A DNA stretch of 63,412 bases, counting the filler, from Bigelowiella natans CCMP2755 (Eukaryota > Protista > Cercozoa): NCBI GenBank assembly GCA_000320545.1. It is 7 parts of 7 records of this genome, joined end to end, with 100 filler letters (N's around TTAATTAATTAA, not from the genome) between each part and the next. Parts side by side here need not be neighbours in the genome. Positions count along the whole stretch, not along the records: positions 1 to 25,109 come from ADNK01002170.1; positions 25,210 to 45,893 come from ADNK01002154.1; 5 more parts are not named here. One strand, 5' to 3'. Under the pieces are notes generated by a model. It had not been told where the DNA came from, did not search any database, and was given only the letters and a program-made list of their open reading frames with translations. Within the stretch, counting starts at the first letter, position 1, and the number at the start of each line of letters is the position of its first letter. Below, piece after piece: positions 13,238-27,557 of this stretch. The position numbers and the translations under genes are program-made.

Positions 13238-15006
13238 TTGTATAATAAGTGAGAATCCAGTGTAAGTATCTAAAAGTGATGATTAGATGAAGATATAAAC
13301 ACTGGCCTCCCCCCTTTTCTGTGTATGCCGAATAATGGCTCAGAGGAGGAGAGTAAGAAACCGCAGTTGCAAGTCAGCACCAACATCAACATCACAGCAT
13401 CTCGCCATTTCTATCGTCGTATTTTGGACAATTCACCTGAATTGTTTTCTGAATGCTTTCGATGGTCTCTGCCGACGCTCCTGGCTTGATCGGGACGTCG
13501 AGAAAGAATACGCAGCGGCCATTCTGACACACACACACACACACACACACACACGCGCGCGCGCGCATCAGAGCAGGTGAATAGGACAAAACGATGATTG
13601 CTGGTTACTCCATGGATCGCTGCAGAACTCACGATGGTGAGAATGTCTTTCGCTCATCACCATCGTCGTCGTGTAAGACAGTGAGCATGTAAGCTTTGGA
13701 AAAGTTAGCCTATTCGTCCTCTTCCCCTTCCTTCTAATACAAGCAACAGCACTCTGCTGCTACCTCCGCTTTGAGTTTTAAGGCTGAACGGGTCTTCTCC
13801 GCTTTCTAAGATTTTGTGCGGTTGGAGGAGCGGGGGGGGGAGACAATGAAATAAAGATATTTGTTGTGATGAGATGACGAGGAGATAATGGTGGTGTCAG
13901 GTTGATGTTGTTGTTGATAATGATGATGATAATGATGATGATAATAACGGTAATTTCCCTATTAACATTTACGTGATGATGTATCAACCTTGTGATCTCT
14001 TCCCATCTTGATGTACACACCTAGGGTGTTAGCAGGAAAACAATCAGAAACGCATTGTACGTTATCGCCATCTTCCTCCCCAACCCCCCAACCCCACCTC
14101 CATTCATATACATACACAAATACATAGAAAAAGAGAGAGATAAAGAAAGAGGGGAGGGGGGGGGTGTTGTGATATTGCCACGCTGGCGGACATGTCGTGA
14201 TTCACGAAGAGTATACGTGTTCTAAGTACCTGCTTTAGCCGTCTCAAACTCCCCAATTGAGAGTCCGAAGCGTATAGACCGTTGGTTCTAGAAAGGGGGG
14301 GGGGGGTCATTCAGGAGCAGTTGAGACGCCAACAACATCCACATGCGACAACGTCAAAGATCCTCAAAAACACACTCATTACACACTCATTACACACACA
14401 CACACACACACGCAAATCGCGTGAATGTAAGCTCGGGGAGCCCATCGTGCTACACAAACGGCACAGCTGCCGCGGCACTACTATCACACAAATATCCAAA
14501 GGCAAACCTACCTTGTCCGGGGTGTGTATTTTCTTAACTGACTGCCCATTCCCTCCTCCTGTGATGAGTTGTCAAAAGGTGATTGAAAATCTGCATGTAC
14601 TATATACCCCACTGCAATGGAGAGGGCTGCTCTTATGTGGTAAATCAGCCTCCTACCCTGTGCGCGCAGCTTGGCGAGAGTTGAGACGAACCCCTTGGCG
14701 TGCAATCGGGCCTTTTGTCCATTATAATCGCACAGCACATCGTGAGCACAATATTGTATGTGTTGGAGTTGAAACATTACAATTCATGTGCGATTGGATT
14801 AGACTGTCTCTCGGAAGTAGCCACCACAACAATGGCTCTCATTGCTTCCTACGATTGCTAGCTCAAAGCGAGCAGGGAGGAGAAAAACTCCTACCTTCAA
14901 CTTCATCGCCTCCAGGGTGAAGGTCCCCTCCTTAGTTTTTTGCATCCCCTTCAGCACCAGCCATTTATAGAACGCCAGGAATTCGCCTTTTCCTTAATAA
15001 TAATAC

Positions 15007-15040
<34 letters not shown>

Positions 15041-15880
15041 AATGTGATATGAGAGAGGGAAGGGAAGAGATGAAGAGCGAAGAGAGGTTGAGAAATCAAC
15101 CATACAACCTTTAACGATGGCCTCTTCGAAGCTCTCCTGAGGAGGGCATCAAACGATTAAAACGAGAAGTGAATATGTAATTTAATTCTACAGAGCAACA
15201 GCATTTGAGTGCAAGCACGGCGCGTGGACAACTTATGAAAATTGAGTTTGGTATACGCTCTCTGGGCGCTATCACCACCTTAACATGTTCTTGGGTGAGG
15301 GTACATATCGATGCTCCACTGTCAAACGCCTGCAATAAAATGATGAATAACCATGTATTTAGAATGATGGAATTTCCATCGAGATATAGAGAGAGGAGAG
15401 AGGGGGGGGGGGGGGGGAAAAAAAAAAAGGGGGGGGGGGAAAGGAAAAAGGAGAGAGCGTGTGTGAGATAAAAGTGGTGGAAAGGAGTTTCGGTGGACCA
15501 GTAGTTTAAAGTCCTCTATTCCCATAAGACCGTCGCTATCCGTCGTCTTTGTTGCCTCCAAGAAGGCTGCGTAGATAGTAGAAAGCGCAGGATGAGCACA
15601 GTTCCCGTTCCCCCCTCACCATCCTCACATCAAAGTGCTAGCGATTGGAAGTTCCGGAGAGGAGGGATAGAGTGTGAGTAAGTCCAATTCGCTACCTTTC
15701 TTGACCCGTTCCATTTTTGTGACGTTTGCGAGCCCGACCTCACTCTTCAAGGCCTGAGTTTAGATCCACATTATCATCGTCTGTCACACAAAACCTGCCA
15801 CGCTGCTCGCCGCTCAACTCGCTAGCTCGCACCTGAATTTTGGCCATGAGAGCTTTGTTCTGCACGTTGAGATCCACCAT
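10092..15880 (-). CDS. Multi-exon hypothetical protein with N-terminal EF-hand-like motifs
   Basis: Spliced MVDLNVQNKALMAKIQ|ALKSEVGLANVTKMERVKK|AFLEATKTTDSDGLMGIEDFKLL...GEFLAFYKWLV...; later exons NGRCVFFLDVPIKPG..., GVLELLPAVAKKIYSALRK..., terminal LDDFVVSFDFMGLDLTLIAPDIAV*. Confidence 0.6.
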
Positions 15881-16744
15881 GACTTCGAGGCTGTCCAGGA
15901 ATCAAACGACCAGTGCGAGCCGAGCGCTGCAGGCAGGGGAGAGATACCGAGCCGAGCAGTACGTCAGCACGAGCAATATGATGAGACGATTCTGAAAAGT
16001 TTTGATGCAGATAATATCTAAAAAAAAATTCATAGTTTTTTGCAAAGCGAATTTCATTTATGGCGGTGAGAATAGATGCACTCCAGCAGCACCGTTCAGG
16101 TGTTTCTCGCTTAAAAAACGAACGATTTCACTCAGCGACCGCGTTATCTCAGGCACAAATACGCCCTGCGTTTGTCCTGACGGTGAAAATCCTTCGACGG
16201 TTGACGGGTAGTAACGGCTTCATCGTTTCCCTTTTTTTAAGGAGAAATTCCAGGCTGGGAATTCTTCGTTAAAATCTCGCAGCTGCAGAAACTTCCTTGA
16301 GATTTCCTGATGTGCATCAAATATCTTGCTAGGAGAGAGAACTGTTCGGCTAGGAGAAAGGGCAGCCCTGGGACAAACAAAAGGAAATAAATACGACGCC
16401 GTTTTCATCAGTTCGAAGATTTTCCGTCATGTCGTCAGGGATAACAGCAAGGCATTTTCTGCGAAATTCTCTTGTGCTGGCGTATTGTGGAACGGCTGCT
16501 GCGTGTTGGTTGTGCTCTGCTGGATATGAAGTGCCTGACTACTTCACAACCTGGATAAAGGCCGTTCTGTTGGAGCACAGACAGTTTTCACCTCTGATGC
16601 TGCATTTTGCCCTCCTTTCTCCCGAGGAGGCGGCGGAAGCTAACTGGCACCAATTCTGTGGCTGGTGCTGCAGGCCCAGACCCCCCCTTCCTCAACAAAT
16701 CAACCGCCTCCAGCATCAGGAAGCCAGGAAGCAAGCAACGAATT

Positions 16745-18933
16745 ATGGTCGCCACTCTTGACGCAAAGAAGAACGACAATCTAGAGCCAGTGACGGAAAT
16801 GGAGAACCCGTCCGGCTTGGAGCTGAAGCGCTCTGATGTCTCGCTAGAAGTTCGGCCCTCCGATGATGTTGCCACAAAGGAGAAGCTCGCCCGGATGGCC
16901 AGGAAAAACAAGAACTACCAACTTGAGTTCGAGGACATTAAAATGGCCGTTTCTGTTCCCAAATGGATGCCCGCGTTTGCAACCCCCGGTGTCCCAGGCC
17001 AGACCAAGCAAATCCTCAAAGGGATAAACGGCTCCGTCTCCTCGGGGCAGGTTCTCGCTATCATTGGTGCTTCTGGTTCGGGGAAGACGACTCTGCTCGA
17101 CCGGCTAGCAAACGCCCCCATGATGGCAGGAGGGGTTCTATCAGGAAGTATCAGGGTCAACGGAATCAAGCTGACCGACAGGTTCTTCAAAGCCAATTGC
17201 GCCTACGTCCATCAAGACGATCGGCTCTGGGGTATGTACGGTTCTTTTTTTTACAGAAGAAGAAGAAGAAGAAGAAGAAGGGATTATGCATTTGTTACGA
17301 ACTCTGAAGAAAAGAGAAGGGGAAAAGCGAGTTGTTTTCAAAGTAGGGGAAGGAGTTGCAAGGAGAGGCAGAATGTGAGAGATTTTTCCTTGTAATGTTT
17401 CCCCTGAGCCATTCGTTAATATCTACAGGTGCGCTGACTGTTTACGAGAACCTCGATATGGCCGCCAAGCTCTACAGTCCCAATCTTTCCGAAGTCGAAC
17501 GCAAACAGCGCATCAATAACATCCTCGATGCAACAGGCCTGCAGTCATGTAAGCACACCAAGGTAGGTAACGTCTTAATCAAGGGCGTTTCGGGGGGGCA
17601 GCGCAGGCGCGTTTCCATCGCGGTGGAGCTGATGGGGACTCCTGCTCTTCTATTCCTCGACGAGCCAACGTCGGGTTTGGACTCGAAATCAGCTGCGGAG
17701 ATCATGGAGTTGCTGCGTAAGATCGCCAAGAGCCTCAACGTACTTGTCGTGTGCTCCATCCACCAGCCCTCGACGCGGACATTTCTCCAGTTCGATCTGA
17801 CCCTCCTCCTCTCGAAGGGGAAGGCTGTTTACTTCGGGCCGGCAGCCAGCGCGCTCGACTACTTCGCCAAAGAGGGCTACAAGACCTCCCAGATGATGAA
17901 CCCTGCCGACTTTCTGATCGAGATATCCAACCCTGACTTCAATGATCCGGACAAGGTGGATGCCTTAATTGCCAAGTGGGATGCGTACTGGAAGCAGGAT
18001 GCGAAGGAGGGAGATGCGAAGCGACCGGACTCCATCTCCGACATGACGACGTATAAAGAAGACCAGCAAGTAAATTGGGAGAGGGAGTATCCTTACGCAT
18101 CGGGCTATGTTTGGCAGACGTACGTGCTGATGCAGCGCATGTTCAAGTCGTACACCCGGGACCCAGGCGCCTACATCGGGCGCGGAGTGCTCTACACGAG
18201 CATGTCCATCATCTTTGGAATCATCTACCTCGGGGCGCGAGACAAGGACCAGGAGAGCGTGCTGGACATCCTCTTCGCCATCGCCTGGGGGATGGCTACG
18301 CCGAGCTACATGGCCGTGATGATCATGCCCGTCTTCACCTACGAGAGCGCCACGTTCGAGAAGGAGGCGAAGAACGGAATGTACGCGCCCGTATCGTACG
18401 TGATCAGCTCCAGCCTGGTCCAGATGCTCTTCGTGCTCTTGACCTCCGCGCTAAGCGTCATACCGTACTACTGGCTTACTGACATCAACCCGAGACCAGG
18501 GCGCTTCTTCCTCTTCCTGCTGGTGCAGTACGTCTTCCTCTACACCGTCGAGTCGCTCTGCATCGTCGCCGCCGCGGTGATACCGAATTTCGTGATTGCC
18601 CTGGGCGTGGTGGTGTCGGGGCTCTCCAACTTCTTCGTGTTCAACGGGCTGTTCGTCACCCCGGACCGCGTGCCGTGGGTCTTCCGCTGGATCGAGTTCA
18701 TCTCGCCACACAACTATGCGCTGGCCGGGCTCTCCAAGGTTTCCTTCTCCGGGGAGGACTTCAGCGGCTTCGACTCGTGTACGACGGGGTGTTTCGGAGC
18801 CACCGGTGACGATGTGCTCGACGCCGTGCAAGGCTTGGAATCGGATGTGGATCTCGGCTTGATCTTCGGCGTGCTGATAGCTGAATCAATTGCGCTGCGG
18901 TTCCTTCATTGGTATATCCTCCGGAACAACTAA
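16745..18933 (+). CDS. ABCG (White-family) half ABC transporter, NBD-TMD; single intron 17232-17428
   Basis: Walker A GASGSGKTT, signature VSGGQRRRVSIA, Walker B LLFLDEPTSGLD, H-loop CSIHQP, C-terminal ABC2 membrane domain; GT-AG intron joins the frames (RLWG|ALT). Confidence 0.95.
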
Positions 18934-19884
18934 GCGCGTCGATGATAGACCTTCGGCGACGGAGTGATGGGACGTGCGGGCTCTGCATTGAGCCGTGCGC
19001 TTTTGCGCTTTGATGCGTCGACAGGGAGGTGTGGACCTGCTGCAAAATAATAATATCCACTTGAAACATTATCAAATCTTACGTACGTGAGTACGTCCGT
19101 GAGAATACGCTCTCAAACTGCATTCTTTAATTATTTCCCGCCTCAGTATATTTGATTTTTATATATATGGGTCGACGACGTGAAAATACAAGTGAAGTTA
19201 TAAAGTACCTTGAGATCGAACCAGCGAAGTTGAGTAGCTATGGATCGATTCGTCGTCAACAACATATAGTAGAAATACACCTCTCATGCCTTCGATGATG
19301 CTAGACTACAAGTTACACCAGCTAATATTAACTTGAAGATTTTGATGAGAATGAGGAAGTATCTTCTTTTATTCAATGGCGGCGCACATACGCATGATTA
19401 CGAAGTAGGCCTGAAGCCTTCGCTCGTCGTAGCTATCATGTGTATCGTGTGTGTAGCTATCGCTGCCGTTGTTTCTTTAGCGCGCTAACACGAATGGAAA
19501 AGATTTTGCGCGTAAAATGTAGCAGCGGGTTCATATTCGAATGGCTACTATGCGAAACAGACAGGTTTTTACTTTAAATATTCATTCTAGTTGCGAGACG
19601 CCCCAGCGAGTCATAATGTCATCATACGTAGACATGCTAGCATGAGATATGTTTCACAGCTTTACAGAGTCTCATTGTTCTATAATAATTGCCAACCCTC
19701 CAAACATTTACATGGACGAATGATGGTTGGATATGATCATGTGCGCAATGATATTGACGTCAGCAATCCTCAAAGATTAGGTTGCTGATTTTTGCAACTT
19801 TTATTTCTCCACAGAGTGATAAGTGGAGTATATGCTCCTGCTAATGGGAATGACGATCTTATTTTTACTTTTTCCCTTTAGATA

Positions 19885-20600
19885 CAGGTACGTTATAACC
19901 ACCAGTAGCTTCTCCGTACATGATCTTCAAAGGCCGGCCTGATGTCTTGTCCTAATAATTATTGATAGCATCATTTATCATCGCGTTTAACATATATGAT
20001 CAATTACAATATTCAATATCTTCTTGATAACCAACAGGATGGAGGTGCAACCAGTGAATCTTCACGAAACAAAAGGCAGGTGAACAGTGTGCTCGTACGT
20101 TCTTGTAGTTTGCCTTGACGCAGACCCAGTCACGTAGAAGATCCCCTTGGAGTCGGTTCGGAGACACGCATTGCGTGGACTCTGGACAGCAATATTGGTC
20201 CGTATCGCAGCACACCTATGCATCCAATTTTTCATTTCAGCTTAAATCATCGATACAATCAGTCAAAAGAGCAGGGTGTAGGCTGCATTTTTTACCGGAT
20301 TGGAGACTGAAGGGCACATCCTCCCACCGCAAGTTCCTCCGGCCTCCGCGGTATCCACCGTCTTAATGGCTTTTGTGTACGTCTGGACTTCTGCAGTGGA
20401 GTTAACCTAACGAGATGCACATTATATTAGGTTTTATTGAACAAGCTTCTGGGTTCTGCTGTTCTTCTTACCTTCTTGAATCTGACCGCGTTTGCATCAG
20501 AAGCCACCAAGGGCTGGCCGCCCTTTTCAGTCGCATGGACACCAGCGAAGAGATTCAATGCCAGAAGTAAAGCGGCTGAAAACGTTAACACCCTTCTCAT
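19885..20600 (-). CDS. Small secreted cysteine-rich protein with a granulin-like motif
   Basis: Signal peptide MRRVLTFSAALLLALNLFAGVHA; spliced TCGGRMCPSVSNP|VCCDTDQYCCPESTQC...WVC resembles the granulin CC-x-D-xx-HCCP-xxxx-C spacing; 3' end uncertain. Confidence 0.6.
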
Positions 20601-21213
20601 TTTTACCTGATACGATACGATAGCCAATCAAAGTCAATAGCGGATCAAGCTTGGTGGGGAGGGGGGAGCGCGGCGACCCTGTTTACTTATTTTCAAATTC
20701 TGGTCTTGAAATTTTGAAGCTGAATTAAGCGGCCGAGGAATTAAATCGTGGAAAAACCGAGGATGCTAAATTTCATACCAGCGACATCAAAACTCCTTGA
20801 ATTTCTTCTAATTATCAGGAAAAAAGGGCCCATATTCTCTCCATGCAAAATATTTTGAAAACGGAGGATTTTTTACATAATTTTATCCTTTTTCTCTTGT
20901 CGTAGGACATATATCGTCCACTTGTACATGCAGGCTCGAGCTCTGCCCCCGCCTCCTTCCGAGTCGGCTTGCTGCCCAGAGCAGACGACCGTCTCAAGAC
21001 GATGAGAGGGTTTGCAGTTCCATGCTGAAATATATGATGTTGTCCGGTGTAGGTTGCTGCTTGTTTCGGGGTGTTGGGTCCCTTGTTCCGTGAATGTTTT
21101 ACGAATCGTTCGCCTCGTGAAACTTCAGCAGTGTGCTTAATTTTCGAAAATACGTTTTCCCTCTTATATCTCCGGTGGACTTCCATCATCACCAGCCGGT
21201 CTCGGCCGCCAAA

Positions 21214-21470
21214 ATGACGTGTGCACCATTCACTCATCCACGTTTATTCATGTCACGATCAATCAGCTCTGGCTATCCTCTGCCCTCCCCTCTGGAGGAG
21301 CGGTATGTAGACAGTGACGACGAAGATGTCGTTATCACCAAAGAGGAACATGACGCAAGGCGAAGGATGGAACGGAGGATGAGGCGGGTTAGTACGTACG
21401 CTCGTCATTCTGCAGTGTATGCTGCTTACTCGCAAAAGATTGAAACTCCTGCAGAATCTCCTGCGCTGTA

Positions 21471-21511
<41 letters not shown>

Positions 21512-22626
21512 CGACCATATCACTCATCTTCGAACATCTCTTTCTTCCCCCTGGATTGCTGGCGTTGTGATTGGGACACACGACAGGAACGGAAGAGGCA
21601 GCGGTCTTCCAGCGAGCTCCCCTCCCCCACTTCGATGATCGAGATGACTCCACTCGGCAAATACCAACGACGTCGTTGCTGCAGGCCCTTGCGGCGAGTG
21701 GGGAGAGCAAGCCGCTGAGCATCCAAATCGTGGCGCTGTTCCTGATTATGGGAATGGTACTACAGAGAGACTGAATGACAACATGTTCTTATCGTTTCGC
21801 TCTCACCGCCAAAGAAAGAGAAATTATGTTTCGCGAAACATGGTCGAATATATCATCATGGGCAGTAGTGAGACCGGTGGAGGATGTTGTCAAGACAGAA
21901 AGTCCTTTTACACCACTGCCCCCCCCTTTGTATTGGTTATTGGCACATCTCTTCTTTACGAGTTGATTACATGCATCAAGTAGTGCTAGTGTGTGTGTGT
22001 GTGTGCGTGTGTATGTGTGTGAGATTAGCGAGTCATCAGAGGTGCTAATCACGAGATAAATCGCTGCTTGGACTATTTTCGCCTTTCCCCCCTCCCCCCC
22101 CCTCCCTTTCCGTCTCTCCACCTTCCTAATATATTATTGCTAAAATTAAAGGGATCTGGCTGGGTGATGAATTCTGCCCTTTTCATTCAGCTTCCATGGT
22201 AGTAGAAGAACTTGCATCTGATGATGCTTTTCCGCCAGTGATTTCGTCGGCTATGTTTAGTGGTTGTGGTGGTGGTGGTTGCGGTGGTGAGGACACGTGC
22301 GGTTTTTTGTTATTATCAGGTTTCAAAGATCTCAGCCGGAGGGGCTTAAGTTTGCTTCCCGCCTCACCATTGCGTGCGTGAGGATGATGATGATGATGAT
22401 GGTGATGATGATGCGTGGTAGGGATCGCTGAATGTAAATCAGAACTGCTTTCCCACACACAGAGACGCACGCACTTTTTAGTGGTAATTAACTGATCTGG
22501 TACGTGTATCTTAGAGGCATACTGGCTCTCCCGACCATCATTCCTCTGTACTCGATGATACGCGGAGTCGCCCCTTTGCTGCTTCCGCATAGGTGGTGGA
22601 TGATGACGACAACGACGACGACGATT

Positions 22627-22658
<32 letters not shown>

Positions 22659-22741
22659 ATTGTTAGCTAATGCTCGTAGCACCGACGATATGCATACTAC
22701 AGTAACGCTCATAAGATGCCACAAACCATTCGTCACCATCG

Positions 22742-22775
<34 letters not shown>

Positions 22776-22933
22776 GGCCGCGACATGCACTAAATACTGT
22801 AAATCTCACATCCCCCAGGCGTGTAGTCTCGGGGCTCCTAATACTGGAATTAGCCCTGGTAATGCAAGAAGCAGTTAGTGGTGGTGGCAGTAGTCATCGA
22901 GAAGTAGAGAGCGGCGCGCCATAATCACACACA

Positions 22934-22990
<57 letters not shown>

Positions 22991-23187
22991 GATAACAACA
23001 GCAATTCCATTCCTACGACAAATAATAATAAAAACAATAGTAATAATGAAAAAAACGATGAGAACAACATCAGGCTCTGGCCGCAGCGGTGGTGTGGCCT
23101 GTGACGATTGGAGGCCTCAGTATATGCACATATGCAGTCGGGTTCTTCGCATCGGCGGTTGGACACTTGCAGACCGTGGTAAGAAGC

Positions 23188-23237
<50 letters not shown>

Positions 23238-23258
23238 TGATGGTGCTGCTGGCCATGG

Positions 23259-23291
<33 letters not shown>

Positions 23292-23534
23292 GGCGACGAA
23301 AAGAAGATGCATGAACACGCGAAGCAACAGCGTCCTCAATAGGATCTAGACGATTCGTTAAAGAACCACGCAGAAACGAGCGAGGCGGCTTGTTTCTCCT
23401 CCTCCTCCTCCTCCTTCTCCTCCTCCTCCTCCAATCTCGCTCACACCGACGATACGATTTTCTCGTAGGTTGTGCTTCCATGGTTGGCGAAAGAGTATAA
23501 CCCAAGGCTCATCCATTCCGGGGGAGGTTGCTTT

Positions 23535-23568
<34 letters not shown>

Positions 23569-23992
23569 ATATTTATTTATAATACTGCTTCTCTACCTCC
23601 CCTCCCCCCCCCCCCCCCATACGATGAAGAGTCTCTTCTTCCCCTTGTCCTCATCCTCCTTGTTGTTCTTATTTTTGTTATTGTCCTTTTTGCTAATCCT
23701 TTCTTTTTTGAGGTGATGACGGGCAGCAATCTTGGCAACCTAATCACGGCGTTGTTAGGGCTTGTGCAAGGTGGCTTCTCTTCGGCGAGCTTCCCCCTTT
23801 GCTATTAATTATTATTCTTTTTTTTATAAATTTTTCTTTCTATTTTCTTCAACGATGAATAATGTTTTTTCCATTCTTAATTTCTCTATTACGAACGGCT
23901 GCTCGCGGATATGATTGCTTGCCCCCCCTTGACCCTACCCCCTTGGGCAAATACATAGGCCCGGGAGACGAGAGAAGGTTTGTTCGAAATGA

Positions 23993-24029
<37 letters not shown>

Positions 24030-25109
24030 GGGGGGGGGGGGGAGAGCAGGCTACACAATTCTTCTCCCTTCCCTTCTCATCTCCCGCCACCTCCCCCCCT
24101 CCTATTAAACAGGTTCAATCCCACTGGTTTCTTCCTTATAATAGCGGTGGTGCTGGTAAGTCGCTCTTGTGTTTGTTGGTCCTCACAGTGGCAATCGTTG
24201 TTTTCTTCATCATCAGCAACCGTCTTCTGTGCCGGCTCCCCCACTCCCCCCCCCCCCCCCGTCCCCTTACGGTGTTTCCCGTACTCGCATTCCGAAGGAT
24301 AAAGAGAAGTAGTTCGGGGATACGGCCTGATAGGTACATCGACAACCAACCGCCACCAAATGCAAATAGAGAGCGAGGCACTCATGATTCTGCCTGTTTG
24401 CATTCTCACCCCCCCCCACCCCTTCCCTTCTTCAGAAACGTCGGATGGCGTGCAGGAGAGACTGGATTTTCCTCCGTAGAAATGAAGGAATTGCGTCGCC
24501 ATGGGAATCATCGTCCGGAAGAGGGAGAGAACAACGCGGAGGAGGATTTGGGAGTGGGGGGGGGGCGGGCACAATAGAGATAAAGACGGCGACAACAAGG
24601 CTGGCGGGGCATCAGAATGATGAAAACAGCAACACCGCCAAGGGCATCGCATTACACGGCGAGGAGGATGGAAAAGCCGATGATATTCTCGTCGTCCATC
24701 CGGGAACAACTCGATTGGGGGATTTGTCTAAGCAGGCAGCTAACTAAGGGGAGGGGGGGGGCGGGAGGCTATCTGAGGCTCGTGGCCCAGGCCAGAACAG
24801 GGGGGGGGGAGGTGATGAGGAGGAGGAGGAGGATGATGGCGAAAATAACCGCAGTAGTCGAGAAGTTGATGGTGGGGACTTGGAGGTCGGACACGATGAA
24901 CCCTATCATCATGGAGATAATGATGATGATGATGACGAAGGCGAGGAGGGGAAACGAAGAAGCAGCAGCGGGAGAAGAGGGGAGGGCGGTCATCAGCAAG
25001 TAGTCCCGGATGAGTCCTTCATCGGCAGCCCTAGTGAGTAGTAGTAGTAGTTGTTGTTGTTGTTGTTGTAGTAGTTGTAGTACGGCCGCACTTCTTCTTC
25101 TTCTTCTTC
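21214..25109 (+). CDS. SLC52/GPR172-like (riboflavin transporter family) membrane protein, truncated by the gap
   Basis: VALFLIMGM|GSGWVMNSALFIQLPW|FQRSQPEGLKFASRLTIA resembles the SLC52 pattern FGMGSW..NGIWVELP....PEGW.LPS; also MTGSNLGNLITALLGLVQ and RFNPTGFFLII. Confidence 0.7.
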
Positions 25110-25209
25110 NNNNNNNNNNNNNNNNNNNNNNNNNNNNNNNNNNNNNNNNNNNNTTAATTAATTAANNNNNNNNNNNNNNNNNNNNNNNNNNNNNNNNNNN
25201 NNNNNNNNN
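25110..25209. other. Artificial contig linker N44-TTAATTAATTAA-N44
   Basis: Identical 100-bp spacer with stops in all six frames; recurs at 45894-45993, 47869-47968, 50308-50407, 53666-53765 and 59192-59291. Confidence 0.97.
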
Positions 25210-25534
25210 TGGGCTTTCATGCTGCCTACCTGTGGTGGACTGGTGTCTCGTGGTCAGTCTGCGTTGTTTTCATAGGAACCCCCCCCCCCCCCCCCCTGCC
25301 TGTGTAGGAAACACTTCGCGTGACGTTGTTCCATCATAGCCAACACTTCAAGCATCCGAAGATGGGCTCCGCCTACCTCCCCTTATCGGACCTGAGCAGC
25401 ATGTAACGTAACAATACATTATGATGATGATGATGATGTCGATATGCCGCGCTGCCGCTACTTCTCTAGGATGTGCGCAACATTCTCGCCTTTGATTGCG
25501 AGATTTTCATAAATATATAGTTTTTTTTAAATCT

Positions 25535-25566
<32 letters not shown>

Positions 25567-26214
25567 CCTATACAATGCAGAGTCAAGTTGACTAAACTTA
25601 GATGCAAATCAATGTATTTCACCTCGGAAATAGCGAACAATTTTGACACACTGCTGCTCCATCATGCGTACGTGCGCCACAACTAGGATGGTGACCGTGA
25701 AAGACTCCACTGGCGATGAGGGCTCTATGGTTCCAATGATGACAACCGAGGTTGATGTCTTGTGTCAAGACAGACGTATGCATGCATTTCTCTGCTGCTG
25801 CTGATATGCTAACTCCGAAGTTCTCTAAGATAAAACATCATCATCATCATCATCATCATCATCATTACTATTATGTATCATTATCATCTGTCATATACGT
25901 CTGCGTGTGAATCCCTTTCCCATTCGATTTATACTGGAAGTAGACGATGGATATTTGGGAATGACGAATCTCGTAGAAATGCACGCGATCAGCATATATA
26001 TATTCTGGGAATAAATGAAGTTTTAATGCATTCTTCTTCCCCCGCTTCCTTCCCCCCCCCCCCCCTTTTTCAGTATCGAGTACCCTTTCGTAGTGGATCT
26101 TCGCTCAGAGCCTACAACGGACATTAGGTGATGTGGGGGGAGGGGAGGGGAGGGTTAGAAAGGAATTTAATAAAAGGGCGAAGATATGGCTCATAAACGC
26201 CGAATGATATTCTG

Positions 26215-26267
<53 letters not shown>

Positions 26268-26473
26268 TGTGTGTGCTTGATGTGTTACTACAGTAAGACA
26301 AACGGTCGTTCAATCGCTCCAGGAACGCTAATCTGGGTAGTAGAAAGAGTGGAGAAGGTACTACTCGTTATTCGCTTGTTGGCACTTTCGTCGTCCACAA
26401 ATTGTACTCACGGGTCAACTAGTCCTCTCCCTCCTCCCGCCTCCTCTCTCATACGTAAATATATTTGCATATA

Positions 26474-26544
<71 letters not shown>

Positions 26545-26689
26545 TTTATGATATGTTTTCTGTGTATCATATGGGGGTGCCCACTGAATACTTGGGTCGT
26601 ACTCGCAATAACCTCTATGTAGGAGGACAAGGATACAACATCGAATGGGGGGGAAAAACACGTTTCTTGCGGCTTGCCGACAACGCAGG

Positions 26690-26722
<33 letters not shown>

Positions 26723-26874
26723 TACATACATCCCGCGCCCATCCTATATGGGAACAATAAATCATCAAACGGCGTCGCTCCAATATCAAAATTTGCTGCC
26801 TGATCTCACATCCACCCGTACGTCATTACAGCTTCTTCTGCATTCGTCTCTTCTCCTGCAGCATAAATATCCCC

Positions 26875-26908
<34 letters not shown>

Positions 26909-27050
26909 TTTTTCTAATTCGCTCCCTGCTGTTATGGTCTCCAACACGCAGTTGGCTGTTCACGACGCACCAAACCGATGGCCGCATCATTGCGCGGCCT
27001 TCCATGCAAGCAAGGGAGGAGACGGCGAAGGAGAAGCAATACAGTGAGTT

Positions 27051-27087
<37 letters not shown>

Positions 27088-27291
27088 AAAATCCTCATTC
27101 ATCGATCCAATTTGAAGCCGTTATTTTCGCATTCTTGCGTTGCGCGCCATGATGGTTTGGTTGTCCCTCCTCCCTTCCCCTCCCGCCCCCTCCTCCCTCT
27201 CCTCTCTCCTGTCGATTGCGGCTTCTCCTGGTGTAGAGAGACAGGCTAATTGTTCTTCGTTTTGAGTTGCTTATCGTTCGTTATACATCTT

Positions 27292-27335
<44 letters not shown>

Positions 27336-27518
27336 CTCTCTCTTCTCCAGGCATTATCAGACAGTCACAGGCGTGGGTAGAGGTCACGAATACGAACAAA
27401 AAGGTCAGGTGACGGTGATAGTGGTGGTGGTGGTGGTGATGATGATAGTAGCATGAGTGTGATGATGAGGATGAAACGAGCAGGGGGGAACTAGACGCAA
27501 AACACGCACACGGAGAGC

Positions 27519-27557
<39 letters not shown>

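Noticed and set aside
25110-25209. TTAATTAATTAA motif repeated six times within N runs
   Set aside because: Identical 100-bp artificial linker with six-frame stops; not biological, and it makes cross-gap synteny unreliable
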